Assembly (NCBI GenBank): GCA_964035545.1
Contig: OZ037772.1
Location: forward strand, 6,618,889 to 6,682,888
Source of the DNA: Bugula neritina
Lineage: Eukaryota; Animalia; Bryozoa
DNA length: 64,000 nucleotides
Reading direction: 5' to 3'
Below are positions 34,811 to 48,319 of the stretch, piece by piece. The notes under the pieces are model-generated. The model did no database searches, was not told the origin of the DNA, and saw only the letters and a program-made list of their open reading frames with translations. A program made the translations under genes and the position numbers. Each line of letters begins with the position of its first letter. Positions within the stretch are counted from its first letter, which is position 1.

Positions 34811-37149
34811 CACCAGGTCGCCGACAGCTGTCGTCGGCAGGCGGGACCCTGTGTGCTGGGATTGTGGTAGGCACTTCATACAAAGCTGCCCCCACGGTAG
34901 GAGGAGGCAGTTGAAGGACAACGGCTTGCGGTAGACTTCGCCGACCATGGGTCTTGGTTTAGCCCTCCAAGGCCAAAGCCCAAATCCAATATGGTGAGGA
35001 GGCTACCTTCGCTTGGGTAGGAAGCCCCACGGAGAGTTAGCAGGCCGCAAGGCCAGCCGAAATCACCGGTTTGCCATTCAAAAACTGCTTTGAAGGTTTG
35101 CTTAATGAGGGGATGTACAATGAGTGAGATCAGGACCAGGTTTTTCCTCGATTGCCCACATTTGAGGAAGACCGAGCTTTCACTCAGTCGCTCATGTGCG
35201 AGCAAGACCGAGATGCAACTCGGCTGCCCACTAAACATCGTCGACACCCTCGCAACCAGAAAGCGCAGGTGCATTCCCGACTCCATGCACATGAGGTTTT
35301 CACCTCCAGAGATGAACCGCTCAGTGAGCACCCAGCCGTGTGAAAGCAGTTGTTTCCTGCCACGTAAGCTTGCCGGCAAAGCTGCGACAATCTTGTTGGA
35401 CACTGGGTGTACCACAAATTTCTTGAGCCGGCGCCTATTCGACACACTCAGTGCCAGGGATCTGGTGAACCTGGAGCCATATGAAGGAAAACACGACACG
35501 TTGGTGGAAGGGTCATGTATTCCACTCTGTGGAGTGATAGAGTTGACTGGTGGAGTCCATGATCAGGTGATCAGCGAGACTTTCATTGTCAATCAACTCA
35601 AGGAGAATGCCATTTTGAGAATGCCATTCCTGAAGCAAAATAAGTGCCACGGATACTTTAACAAGTCAGTGGTGATGATGACCGACGTGAGCTTGCTTGC
35701 ATGAACCGGTTTGGTAGACCCTTGGTGAGAAGAGTGCAGGTAATACGGCGCTGTACCGTACCTGGGCGCTCCCAGGCTACAGTTCGCTGCAGGATGAACT
35801 GTAGGGAAATCTTCAAATTAGGAGTGGTGGAAGGGGCACTGGGGGGCGTCCAGCTGGCCAACAGCATGGAGAGGCAGGAGGAGCGGGGGAAGTGCCTGGT
35901 ACAGTGTGTGGACCCTTTCACGGGGCCGTTAGAGTTGCCGTCTGGTTCGCTAGTGGGGAGGTGTCACTCTGTGCAGGAGGAGGATGTCGGGCTTGCCCTG
36001 GAGACCGCGGAGGAGGTTCGTAGAGTACTCACTAGGAACGGCAGAAGGCCGGTGTCTGAACACTTGGTAGATTTGTACAGGGATGCATGTGATGGCTGTG
36101 AGAGTGAGTGAGAATGCCTGGTAGCGGCACAGTCACTCTCTGAATACAAAGATGTGTTCATTTGCGGCAATCATGTTATGGGCCTGGCCAAGGCTGTCTG
36201 TCATGAGACACTTCTAAGGGCAGGGACGGTGCCTATTCGACAACCGACACGCCGGCTAGGTCTTGAGAAAGAGAAGGAAATGAGCCGACAGGTGCAAGAC
36301 CTTCTGAACTGAGACCTAATAGAGCCAGCCCAGTTTGGAGCTCTCCAGTTGTCCTGGGTCAGAAAAAGGATGAGAGCTAGAGGTTGTGCATGGATTATTG
36401 CAAACTGAACAGCATGACCATCCAGGTCGCTTACTCTTTTTCTAGAATTGATGAGCCGTGAGATGCCTTAGTGGATATCAAGTTCTTCAGTACGCTGGAA
36501 TTGTTAGGCAGGTATCGGCAGGTGCTCCTGAGTCCTGATGCACAAGACAAGGCTGCGGTTATTACTGGGGACGGGCTCTGAAAGTGGAAGGTGCTGCTGT
36601 TCGGAATTAAGTATACGCCGGCCACCTTCCAGCGACTCATGGAGCAGTTCCTGAAGCGTTTACACTTGAAGACCTTGCTCATCTATCTCGATAATGTGAT
36701 TTTCATCTGCCCTGACTTTGACACTCATGTCAGTCAGCTCAGAAAAGTGTTTGACAGACGTTGAGCTGCTGATCTGAAGCTCAAGCTCTCTAAGTGTGCA
36801 TTGCTGCAATAAGAGGTTAAGTACCTGGGCCATGTAATTGGTTGATACAGGGTGTGAGGGACTCGGCAGTCCCTGTCGACCTCTTTGAATTGCGAGGATT
36901 CCTGGGGCTGGTAGGGTACTATCAACAGTACATACCTGGCTCTTGTACGCTTGTAAAGTAGTAGATATAGTGTAGGTCTGCTGGAATTAGCAAATGCGTA
37001 GGTGGTTATTTGTATGACTGTGTGAATCTAAATGTGTTTATTTTTATTTAGACAAACCATACCAATTACACCATCATTCTTATATACTATTAATAGATAA
37101 ATTATATTAGCCTCTCATCCAATTCTTTTCTTTTGCAACTCGTTCTGTT

Positions 37150-37276
37150 TCTCCCTTCTTTGCTCTCTCTCCCTTTATATGTTGTCTTCTTCCCTCTCCT
37201 CCCTCTCTTTCTCTCTCTCTGTCCCTCACTCTCTCGCTATAATCTCCCTCCCTTTCTCCCACCCTTCTCTCTCTCC

Positions 37277-37309
<33 letters not shown>

Positions 37310-37382
37310 CCTCCCTCCTTTTCTCCCTCTCTCTCTCCAACCCTTCTCTCTTTCTTCCCTTCTTCTCCTCTATTTCTTTCTC
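37150..37382. repeat. Degenerate (CT)n / pyrimidine-rich tract
   Basis: Seen directly; position paralogous to 1610-1742. Confidence 0.85.
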
Positions 37383-38450
37383 ATATTATATTTTGCAGAT
37401 TACACTCAGACCCATGTAGATAATAATTATATTGATAACCAATTATTATGCTAAATATTGTTGTTTTATTACACTAAAAAAGTATAGCTAAAATTCAGGG
37501 ATTTATTGGTAGATAATAAACAGCAGTGCTTGAAAAGCTGGTGACCCTATCTACTGCTAATGTTGAAAAGTCAACAGTAATGTAGTTTCTGTATATATAG
37601 AAGTATGACCTATTCTATTATCAGTGTGCATTGAATTTTAATCACATTGAAAAATACAAAGGCTATAAAATGATTGGGAGAATGAAATGAAACTGTCTTC
37701 GGTTTACTGCTCTATACACTGCTCTGCTAATATAACTACATCCTAGCTACAGCATCATATCACTACATGCTATAACTCTAGTATAACTAAGCACTAACTG
37801 CTGCATCACTAAATGAAATAAGCGAGAAAAGACCAATTTATAGTCTGCTGTATACATACTTTGACTATAAGTTGAAACTGAAAACAAGTGTATGGATTTT
37901 TTATTTGTGGCGTCTATTTTGTATGATCATTATAATAAAATGTAAATGTGTATAGGTTGCTAAGTATTTTATAAAAAAGAGTAAAAAAACTGTTTCCTAT
38001 TCCCCATTCCTTTTGTTCACTTCACTAAATACTGCATACATACTACATACATAGGTCAACTGGTAGAAAAACATTAGGCTTTGCTTTATGCAATGATCTT
38101 GACAAATTTGACAGCCTTTACCAACTTTCCTAGTTTATCTCTTATACTCTAACAGTGCATACAGTGTTGGAATGGCAAATCAGTCTGTGTTTTTTTTGTG
38201 ATGTTAGTTTCAACATCTATAGATTACTCTAAAGTCTACTTGCGCTTGTAAAATAGTAAATATAGTATAGGTCTGCTAGAGCTAGCAAGTTCGTAGGTGG
38301 TTATTTGTATGACTGTGCAAATCTAAATTTGTATGTTTTTAATTAAACAAATCATATCAACACCATCATTCTTATACTATTATAGAAAAATGAGATTAGC
38401 CTCCCATCTATCTCTTTTCTTTTGCAATTCATTCTTTTTCTCCCTTCTTT

Positions 38451-38824
<374 letters not shown>

Positions 38825-38895
38825 GCAAAAACTATAAACTTTGCCTCATAATTTTCCCCAACATAAAAAAAAATGTTTTATATTGTAAATTCAAG

Positions 38896-39718
38896 ATGGC
38901 TGCCCAGCAACTGCCAGAATGGTATGAGTGTGGTTATTGTGTCTCTAGGAGGGATGACATGCGAGATCCCAGAGAGCTGCCTTGTCAGCATGTTTTCTGT
39001 TTGAGTTGTATTCAAGGACATTACAGTAAACATAAAACTGTGACCTGCCCTACTTGTGGGTGAGTAGAAATTATTCCATGTATACTAGAATGATATTTTC
39101 TAAGTTCATCCAAAGAGTTATTTTAAATTTTCTAAAGCCTCCTGAAGCTATTATGAATGTGCTATAGATACTCTACAATAAGCTCATTTTTATTATCAAT
39201 AATTACATGTATTGTCACCTCAAAACATGTAATGCGGTAAACGCCTTACCAATAATGATGGTTCTATGCTTTTCATATTTATTGTTAATAAAAGAGATTC
39301 TTCACTTTTAAAGCCATGCTAATAAGAATAATTTCTATAATTTTATTGCTGATGGTAGTCATGTTTTCAAGTCCAGCCTAGAAGTCGTTTGTATATTTTT
39401 TTTGGAATTTTTCACATTATATAGATTGTCATGAATTATACTGGAAACGTTATGGCCATAATGAAATTATTACAGAGAAGTGTATGACTCACTGAAGTTT
39501 GAAGAATTACCGAAGGTTTCTATTGAAACTGGTGACTCTGGTACTCTCTACTGTACAGCTCAGGGATGTCAAGGGCACGCCGCAGTGCGATACTGTGTTA
39601 CCTGTAAATACAGGTTTTGTTTTCAACATCAACAGGTAAAATGATGTATGAGCAACTTTATAACAATTTTTTTTAGATGTCAGACTCAAAAGCTACACAC
39701 ACATGCACACACACACAT

Positions 39719-39761
<43 letters not shown>

Positions 39762-42700
39762 TGCACAGACACGCACACACACACACACACACACTCACAC
39801 CTACAGTAGTATGTGAATTATACACAATTGCTACACACATGCACACACACATGCACAAACACATGCAAATGCACAAGAGCATGTATATGTGGAGACATTA
39901 CGCATTTATATGTATATGTGCATTTGCATGTGCAAGTGTGTGTGTCAACTTTCCTTTACATTTTTTTAATTTCCCACTTTTCATGCTGCTTCAAATAAAA
40001 ATATTGGAGTTACAAGGTTACCTATATTTATGCTATATTCCAACAAAGTTTCTTCTCAATTTTAGGCACACAAAGCAATTTATGGTGACTCTCACAAGGT
40101 AGTGGACATTGATGTCTACAAAAGATCACCTGCTAGTTATGATAAACTAACATGTGAACATCATCAAGAGGTTCTAGTGAAAGCTTGTAAGAAATGTGAT
40201 AAACTGATTTGTTTTGAGTGTGAGATTGATGGATATGACTGCACAGGTATGTAACATAGTGTACACATAAAACAGAAAAAAAATTGAAAGTATTGCTGCA
40301 TGGTTGCAATACAGAGTAATTTCACATAAAATAAATAACAAAATTGCTATATTATAGTTTTTGCAGTTTATTTAAATATAAAATAAAATCATTAAAAAAA
40401 TAAAGTTGCCAGATTTTTTGTCATTTAGCCTAGGGCCACACGGTGCGTATTTTCGCATGCGAAAATTGAAATCACAAGTAGCGAAGGTGTCCACTATGCG
40501 CGTTGAGAAAACATTCGCACTTGTCGCTCAGCATTTTCAATGCAAGTGCGAATCGTCTCTGTTGTCGTCACCTAATTGGCTGGTAGTTATTTAGCGAGCC
40601 CAATTTCTTTATTTTAGTGCTATATTCCAGTAAATTGCGTTTTATTGAAATGAATAATTGATTACTTGATGTTTGCAAGTGAGTGATGGAAATTTATACT
40701 GGACACTTTTTTTTACGTTTTGCTGGGTGTCAAAAATACTAAAAATGGAAATGCAGGATATAGGGTGATGGGCTTCATTTGCTGTTTGTATGTAAATTTT
40801 GGCATTCAGTTTCTGATTGATTACTACATTCAACGTAATATTTCTTTTTATAGATCAAGAAAAACATGATTTTAAATCTCTCACATCACTGAAGGAAGAG
40901 GTGAACACCTACTTTTCCAGTCAGCTGAAAGCAATTGCTGAAAAGATTACCAGGATAAGTTCTTTGGACAAGAAGGTGTGGAATGATCTTGATGATCAAG
41001 AACAGAAGTGTTCAGATGTTATAAGAGAGATAGAGACAGTTAGAGATGAGATGGTGAGTGGTTAGTTGTATAGTTTCTTTTTGTGATGCATTTTTAAAAC
41101 ACCAAAATTTTTGAAAGTGTACGTATCCTCAAGTAATTAAACTTTAGAAAAACAATTAGGTCAACATTAACAATGTGCAATAAATTTAATATTGCTATCT
41201 TGCGTATTTATATATATTCTCATTAGGTCTTTAAAATTCATAATGGCTATATACAGCTTCACACAAGTTTGGCTTACTAAACAAAATGATAATAAAGTAT
41301 TTGTAATAGTATATTTTGCATCTTTTTAATATATAACAATTAATGTTGATATGTTCTTGAAAATTGATTAGCATGATACTATATTCTAAAATTAGACAGC
41401 AACACTTATAAAATACAGGAATAAATGCTTCATACATATACTAGAATACAAAATTTATTTGTGACAACTAAAAAACTATTCATTGTTAGTCAATAAACTA
41501 AATTGAAAGTTTTGTGGGTGAAAAGAAAAGTATCTTCAGTGAACCCAAACAAACTTTTCTCAATAAACTTTTAGTCAGAAACTAATCCAGAAATGTAAAA
41601 ATTCAAATTGAACATTTCATCTCCAGGGATTTTGCATTTTTGCTAAATATTTTCAAATTAGACAGGAAGACCTGCATAAATATTAAAAGAATCATTTTTC
41701 ACTGAAAATTAAAATTTTTTGCAATTAAAAAAATTTTCTTTGAACTGATCAAAGTTTGCCATATAAAGTCTGAGCTTGAAAACAAGCTGAAAATGTAATT
41801 AAGTCAAAATGCGTTCATATATATAAACATATAAACCAATTAAATTGTTTTTTGAAATGCATATCTTGTTTACACAGCAGCAACATTTTAGATCCAAAGA
41901 ATAACCAATGAGAGTCAAGAGCTGATTGACAGAGTTGCAAACCACAAGGCTAAGGTGACCAATCAGGTGGAAGATTTCTACAACAAGCTGATGCTGAAAA
42001 AAGATGGGTTGGAGAAGACACAAGCTGAGGTCCATCGTCTGCTGAAAGATGGTCATGTGACAGAGAAGATCAGACAGAAGAAGAAAGTAACAGAAGAGTT
42101 GGAGAGACATGATGCAGATGAACCGGATGATTTTGAACTTGTTGATTCACCAACTGTAATTAATACAGGTTTGTGACGTTTCTATTTGAAAACATTTTGG
42201 CTATAACAATCAGAGAACATTTGCCAGTTAGTTGGCTCTCTCAAAATGATGACTCACCAAATTTTATTATGGTACATTATAAACGACAAAGTAGTATGTA
42301 TTTTATATCACTACCTACATACAATTATATGCAGTTCGCAGCAAATTATATTCGCACACTATATATGCTGAAAGATCATAATTATTTCTCAAAAAAGCTG
42401 CTAGAGACTTACAACTGTTAATCGTTACATTCCATGTGTAGCCTCTACTGCATGACAATAACTTTTACTTTAAATCATGTTGATAACTCACTTTACAGCT
42501 TGTTTATTGTAGTTAAAAACTTATAGTATCAATAAATTATTTTTCTTCATTTGTATGACAATTAAGCACCATAGTCATATGCATTGTGTTAAATTAATAC
42601 TTTATAACAAACCATTACATGCATTACTAGGTTAAACTATATATGTGCACAGATATCACACATATATACATGCATACACACACATACATACTGTATATAC

Positions 42701-44157
42701 ACATATACATGGCATGCATATATACATGCATGCATACATACATGCATGCATATTATATGCATGCATATTATATGCACATATAACATGCATAAATTGCACA
42801 TATTATAGACATATATAATCTTTATAGTTTTTACAGGCATATATAAGCAAAAATGTACGAAACTTGTGGCAATTTTATCAGATAATCATCTCATTTTCTT
42901 AGTTATAGGTTTATGCTGACGGAAATAAAATTAGGAAACATTTGTGAAAAAATAAATTAATGCTTTCTAATGAAAATTGATTTCCAATAATTGTACTTAA
43001 TGACTAACTATATATTATATCTTACAGGTCAAAACGCAAGTAGACTACTGAATGTCAGTCTAGTAACAGTTCCTTCTTCACTGACATTCATATCTGAACA
43101 TCAGACAAGTAGGTGGTGTTACTCAGCCAATCACAGACAAGATGGTGACATACTCATAGGTACTGGTAATGGAATACAGTTACTGAGTAGAGATGGTAAT
43201 GAGCTGAGTGAATACAGTAGAAGTGTGAAGAGAGTATCAGGAGTGATTGAGACTCCTCAGAATGTCTTCATTCTACACAGAGAAGGTGACGTATCTAAGG
43301 TAGATATGTGTCTAGCTGGTGACATCACAAAGAGACAACAACTGTTTCAGTTTGATAGAAAAGGTTTTGGTGCAGCAGTAATGGTAGTCTCTGACAGACA
43401 TGTTGTGGTGAATCATCCAGATACTAAACAGCTGATCATCTATGACTTCATCACTAAACAGACAGAAACTATTCGTCCTGATGTGTATCTAGTTGGTCTA
43501 CACTTTCTACCAGATGGTCATCTGCTAGGAGTTGGTGGAGGTAAACTGATAAAGTACAAAGTAGAGAATGGAAAGCTGACTACAGTCTGGACATGTGATG
43601 GTGTAACAGATGGATGCAGTGTCTGTGCAGATTCTAATGGTCTCATCTATGTTTCTGGATCGAACTTGAAGTTGCTTTACATCATTTCTCCATCAGGTGA
43701 GGTTGCTTAGGCATGTGTATACTTCGAGTAGAAAACTCCAAATATAATTTTATAGTTTGTCAAAAGTGTTAGAAATGTCGAAAAATATTAGCAAAACATA
43801 TATTGAAAGTTTTAGAAATACTGTTTTCTGCTGCATCAAATTAATGTCTCCATAATATAGTCACATTGCTAAAATCTATGTTTGTGCATCTCCACATTTT
43901 TTTACATAATTCACAAACCTCGTCTATAAATTATGAAGTAAATTGCTTGCACGTTGATATTTCTTATAAACCTCCCAGTTGACTTTGTTCCCAATCCAGT
44001 GTATATTTGCATATATTAAACAGGTGTTATTCTCAAGACACTGACTCATGATAAGTTACCAACTTGTTTTGCTGGAATACCGAGTATCAGAGATGAAATA
44101 CTGGCTGTACCTGGTTGGGGAGACAAGAAGTTGTATCTTTTTAAAATAGAAACCTAA
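38896..44157 (+). CDS. TRIM-type RING-Bbox-Bbox-CC-beta propeller protein, array copy 3, ~594 aa
   Basis: Exons 38896-39059, 39476-39635, 40066-40246, 40854-41053, 41892-42168, 43028-43696, 44024-44157; all GT-AG, open frame. Introns align with those of copy 1. Confidence 0.9.
39695..39865. repeat. (CA)n-rich repeat in intron 2 of copy 3
   Basis: Short homologue of 9259-10575 with a single anchor unit. Confidence 0.9.
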
Positions 44158-45566
44158 GCAATGCGCAAAGCCGATGCTGAACCTAATTGTTATTATATGT
44201 TCTACGTTTTACGTTTTCATTCTATTGTTCAACATTTCGATTTAACGGGATAATATTTTGTTCCTATATAACTATAATATATTCTAAATGAATTGATTTT
44301 TCGCAAGTCTGACGACACTTTTTTAAACAACCCATATAATGGATGTGATGTCATAAACTCTTCAGCAGCCACAGAAACCATTTTACGTATGATTCTTACC
44401 CATAGTACAAATCCTGATAAACCCATATTCAATATTATATCTAAGTAATTGTGTTTTTGTTGAGATTGCTTTTCATAGTTAGTTGAGCTTAATCAGTGTC
44501 GGTTACCAGAATAATTATTACTCTATAAATATATAATTTTTGCATATATATTTTGTTATATAACTATATTATATTAAACTAGTATTGAGAAGTTGCTAAT
44601 TGTTTAGCATAACATCCAAGCATGTACACATATTATATTATAATTAAAATAAAAACAGCATGTTTTTATGCTAGCTATATAACAGTCTATTTGTTATATT
44701 ATTTACTTTTCAACTGAAGTTGAAGCTTTTTCACAAAAAGCTGTTTTAACACTTAATGAAATTCAATAAGAAATAAAACACACAGGTTTTAAGCTAATTA
44801 TGTGGCCATTAATTGTTTTCACTGAGCTAGCTAAAGTTATAGTATGTGTGTTTGCAAATATAGTTCTTGTCTTAACTTATATAATGTTTGCAACTGTTTA
44901 TTGCCGCATCCAAATGTTTTTCATTCAAATTTATAAAAGAAATTTAAAAAATAATGTAGCTTTTCTACACACACTGTTTAAACATCCAATACTAACCGTT
45001 TTACAATCTATAATACTATATGCGATTGCATACAACCAAATTCTCAAATAAGGAATACGTAATCATCAGCAAGACTCGCATAGAAATTTTTTAAGTAATA
45101 ATCAAGCAGAAAAAAGTGGTCAGTTACTATAATATGGAGTGAAAAATTGTGATGCTATTTATAACATATCGCACAAAAATTAATAATTGTCATTATGTTA
45201 TATACAATTACCTTTATAACTTCCTAAATCTCAATAAATGTATAATTATAACATGAGAGCATAACTGCTATAATTTTGAAGGTTATATATAACTAACAAC
45301 ATTCAAACTAGTTGACCTACGTATATTCAATAGTGCTATAGGATTTTATTAATACAATATCTATAGAAAGTTACTTATATGGCACATAAAATCACTAAAT
45401 TGTGAGATTTTATTGTTAGTTATAATAAGTATTTTTTCACACAGTCTGTACTAGGTTAAATATATAATAAGTTTTTATTTAAAAAGATGCAGCGTACAGT
45501 GTGTGTACATGATAGTGTTAAACTATATTCCTAAAGTAATTATTATTAAGCAAATTATAGCATATA

Positions 45567-46396
45567 TATGTTTTTTTAGTAACAATTATTTTTTGTAATT
45601 ATTGCTCTTCACTTTTAACCCTTTCATGCATGAATTATTTTTTAACAGCAAATTTCTGATTATCTTTGCTGAATATAATTGATTTCATGTCTCTAAACAT
45701 AAATTTACAACTTTTTTCAATTTTCACCCAGTAGATGCGAAAAAAAGATAAGTATCCACATAGGTGGACGCCATGCATTTACTATAGAAATAGTAAAGTT
45801 ATCAACACGATATAAAACTTCCGCACTTGTATATATTATTATACTGCTATATATACTTTCATATAGCAATGGTTATGTAAACCTTGCCAAATAATTATAA
45901 TAACCTAAATTTTCAATGCTGCATAGAGTTTATACAACATTATAATAACATTTATGATAAGTTGTTTATAGAACGTTTTAGATAAAAAAGCTAAATAATG
46001 TCTACATTTCAACATCTAGATAACGTTTGTTTTGCAACAATATAAAAACAGTGCTGAAGCAATCTTATGGCAGCATTTGTATGACTTGTTTATGAAACGT
46101 TGGTTAAATGGTTTGCAGAAAACATTTTTGCCTAAACGTTGTGCGAGACAAAGAGATACATTTAAATTTAAACATTTAAGCATTGTTGGATCACAACCTT
46201 TCACCAATATTGTATGGAAAACATCTGCACAACGCTATGCAGCGCAACGTTTATAAAACGTAGGTGAAACAATTTGTGATAAACGTTTGTTTTAAACAAT
46301 ATATATAGTACAAAAAAAGTGTCGATATTTAAACATTCAATAAACGTTTTGCCCAACGTTTATACAAAGTCATATCAATAAAAATTGTTAGTGGGG
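45567..46396. mobile_element. Insertion of probable MITE/DNA-transposon origin (possibly composite)
   Basis: Absent from the paralogous segments at ~16280 and ~49790. Contains repeated AAACGTT motifs and ends TGTTAGTGGGG; a TTAA-CCCT start lies near 45615. TIR pair not resolved. Confidence 0.45.
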
Positions 46397-47011
46397 TAAC
46401 AATAGGGTTAAAACATGGTGCTCTATTATTATCACCACTACTTATTAGATATATAAAATATTATTTTTGATCACAAGAGACCATGCAGAAAAAGCTGCTT
46501 TGATATATTCGTGGTTAATATTGATTATTAGACAATTATACATAAATCAATAAGTATATATACTGGCTGAGAGCAGCTAGTATAGCATCTGAGTCGTGCT
46601 AATTATACCAATCCAACCTTTACAATTAGCATTATGGATGTTATTGAGAAACAATTATACAGAGAACAGAAACTCTAACGTGTGGAAAAATGAACCTGGC
46701 TTTAACTATAAAAAACCTTTTCCTTTTCTGTCAATTGACATAATATTGTATTGTATTTTATACAATATAAGTTGAGATGCATGTTGTAATTAAGTAAATA
46801 CATATAATGCCTCAATAGCTGGTACATGCAGGTTCAACTTTAAACAACCCACTAACTTAGCAGAGTAGAGCCCATACATACAGGCATGAACTATATAAAA
46901 TTATTAAATTATAAAAGTCACAGCGAGTGAGCATTTAAAAAACTTTGTTGGGGTAACACTTGTTTGAAATCACAGCTTAAATAATTATGATTAAAAAACA
47001 TTATGCTAGTA

Positions 47012-48319
47012 GGGGTAAGGGGGGGGGGCACAACAGTCATAGGGGTACAAAAAGTTGGCCAAATTGTGAGAGAACTTATTGACTTAGAGTTGTGATTGTT
47101 TTTCATGAAAAGGTATAGACATAAATATTAAGCCATTGTAGTTTCAACACCTGCAAAACATACATGTTAAAAAGGCGAGTGAAAAACTGTTTTTACCTAC
47201 TTTTTGTGAAATTTTTAAGATGTCGTTAAAGCTTTATAACTTTTTTACAATCAAAGGCAACAAGCCTAGATTTTACTGATATTCTTGCCATTGCTTGTCT
47301 CTACATTGCTTAACTAGTAAAACAGCAAACTCTAAAATAAATTTTCTTCGAGGCACATTTATGTTCAATTTGGCCATCTGTAGCACAATGGGCCAAGCTG
47401 ACCGGGGCACAATGGGCCACCTGATTATTGTACCCTGATCACTGTTAGTAGGTTAAAATGTTACTAAAATCTATAGATATAGCCATTTCTGACATTTTTG
47501 TAAAATAACAAAGACATCATGGTAAGACTACAAAACTACAAGGTGAAGCTCCCCTAACATATACATCTGGTGAGGTTAAAGCTATGCTATTTTATACATA
47601 ATACAAAACACTCTGCTGTTGCTACTAGTAGATAGTCATGATGCTCATTATACATTATATCATTGAGGGAATATACATGTATTTGACTAAAATAAATTGT
47701 GATTTGCTCATTCACTCCCCCCCCCCTCTCCCTTCCGTACCCCAGCCACAAACTGAAGCCATGCACCTTAGCTGCAGTTCATAGAAAAAAGTCCACTCAA
47801 AATTTTGTAGCACATGTTACTAAAGTTTTTTTTCTGATAAAAGTTTGTCTGAAGTGTAAATAAAAAACATTTTTAGTTCTAAATAGTAATGATAATGGCA
47901 TCGTAGAATCGAGTGATGTGCGTTTGATTCTGCCTTCCTCTGCTATCCGTGGTGGCACAAACTGTACAGCTAAAACATGAATTTTGCTTTAGATCTGAAA
48001 GAATATGTTTATTTATTTGTAATATTAGATGAATAAAGGTCAGATGCAACAAAATCTGCAAAGTTTCAATATATTTGTTGTGTCCCACCCAGTGGCCCAT
48101 TGTACCCCGGTACCGAGGCACAATGGGCCGATTTTTTCGTCATGAAAATTTTCATTATTCTGAAAGTTGTGAGAGAGATAGAAACAACAAACTGATACCT
48201 GTAATAGACAACAGATGCAGCATTAAGACTAGAGATTATTGAACTAGTAACTTGAAAAACAAACGAATGAGAGCAAAAAATGCAAAATTCGGCCCGCTGT
48301 GCCCCCCCCCCGTTACCCC
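47012..48319. mobile_element. Non-autonomous TIR DNA transposon with TA target duplication (Tc1/mariner-like)
   Basis: TIRs GGGGTAA(G/C)G-run-CACA at both ends; TA at 47010-47011 and 48320-48321. The paralogous empty site (gctagTActaa, ~16888-16898) lacks it. Internal GCACAATGGGCC repeats. Confidence 0.85.

Larger units (their letters stand above)
32842..36940 (+). mobile_element. 3'-truncated Ty3/Gypsy LTR retrotransposon (element B): 5' LTR, PBS, broken gag-protease-RT
   Basis: LTR ends ..ccacgaca at 33269 (left edge uncertain, ~32780-32842). PBS at 33271-33288. Gag, protease (ILLDTGC) and RT (IYLDNV) fragments are colinear with element C, with many stops. Ends abruptly just after the RT core; no integrase or 3' LTR. 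Confidence 0.85.
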
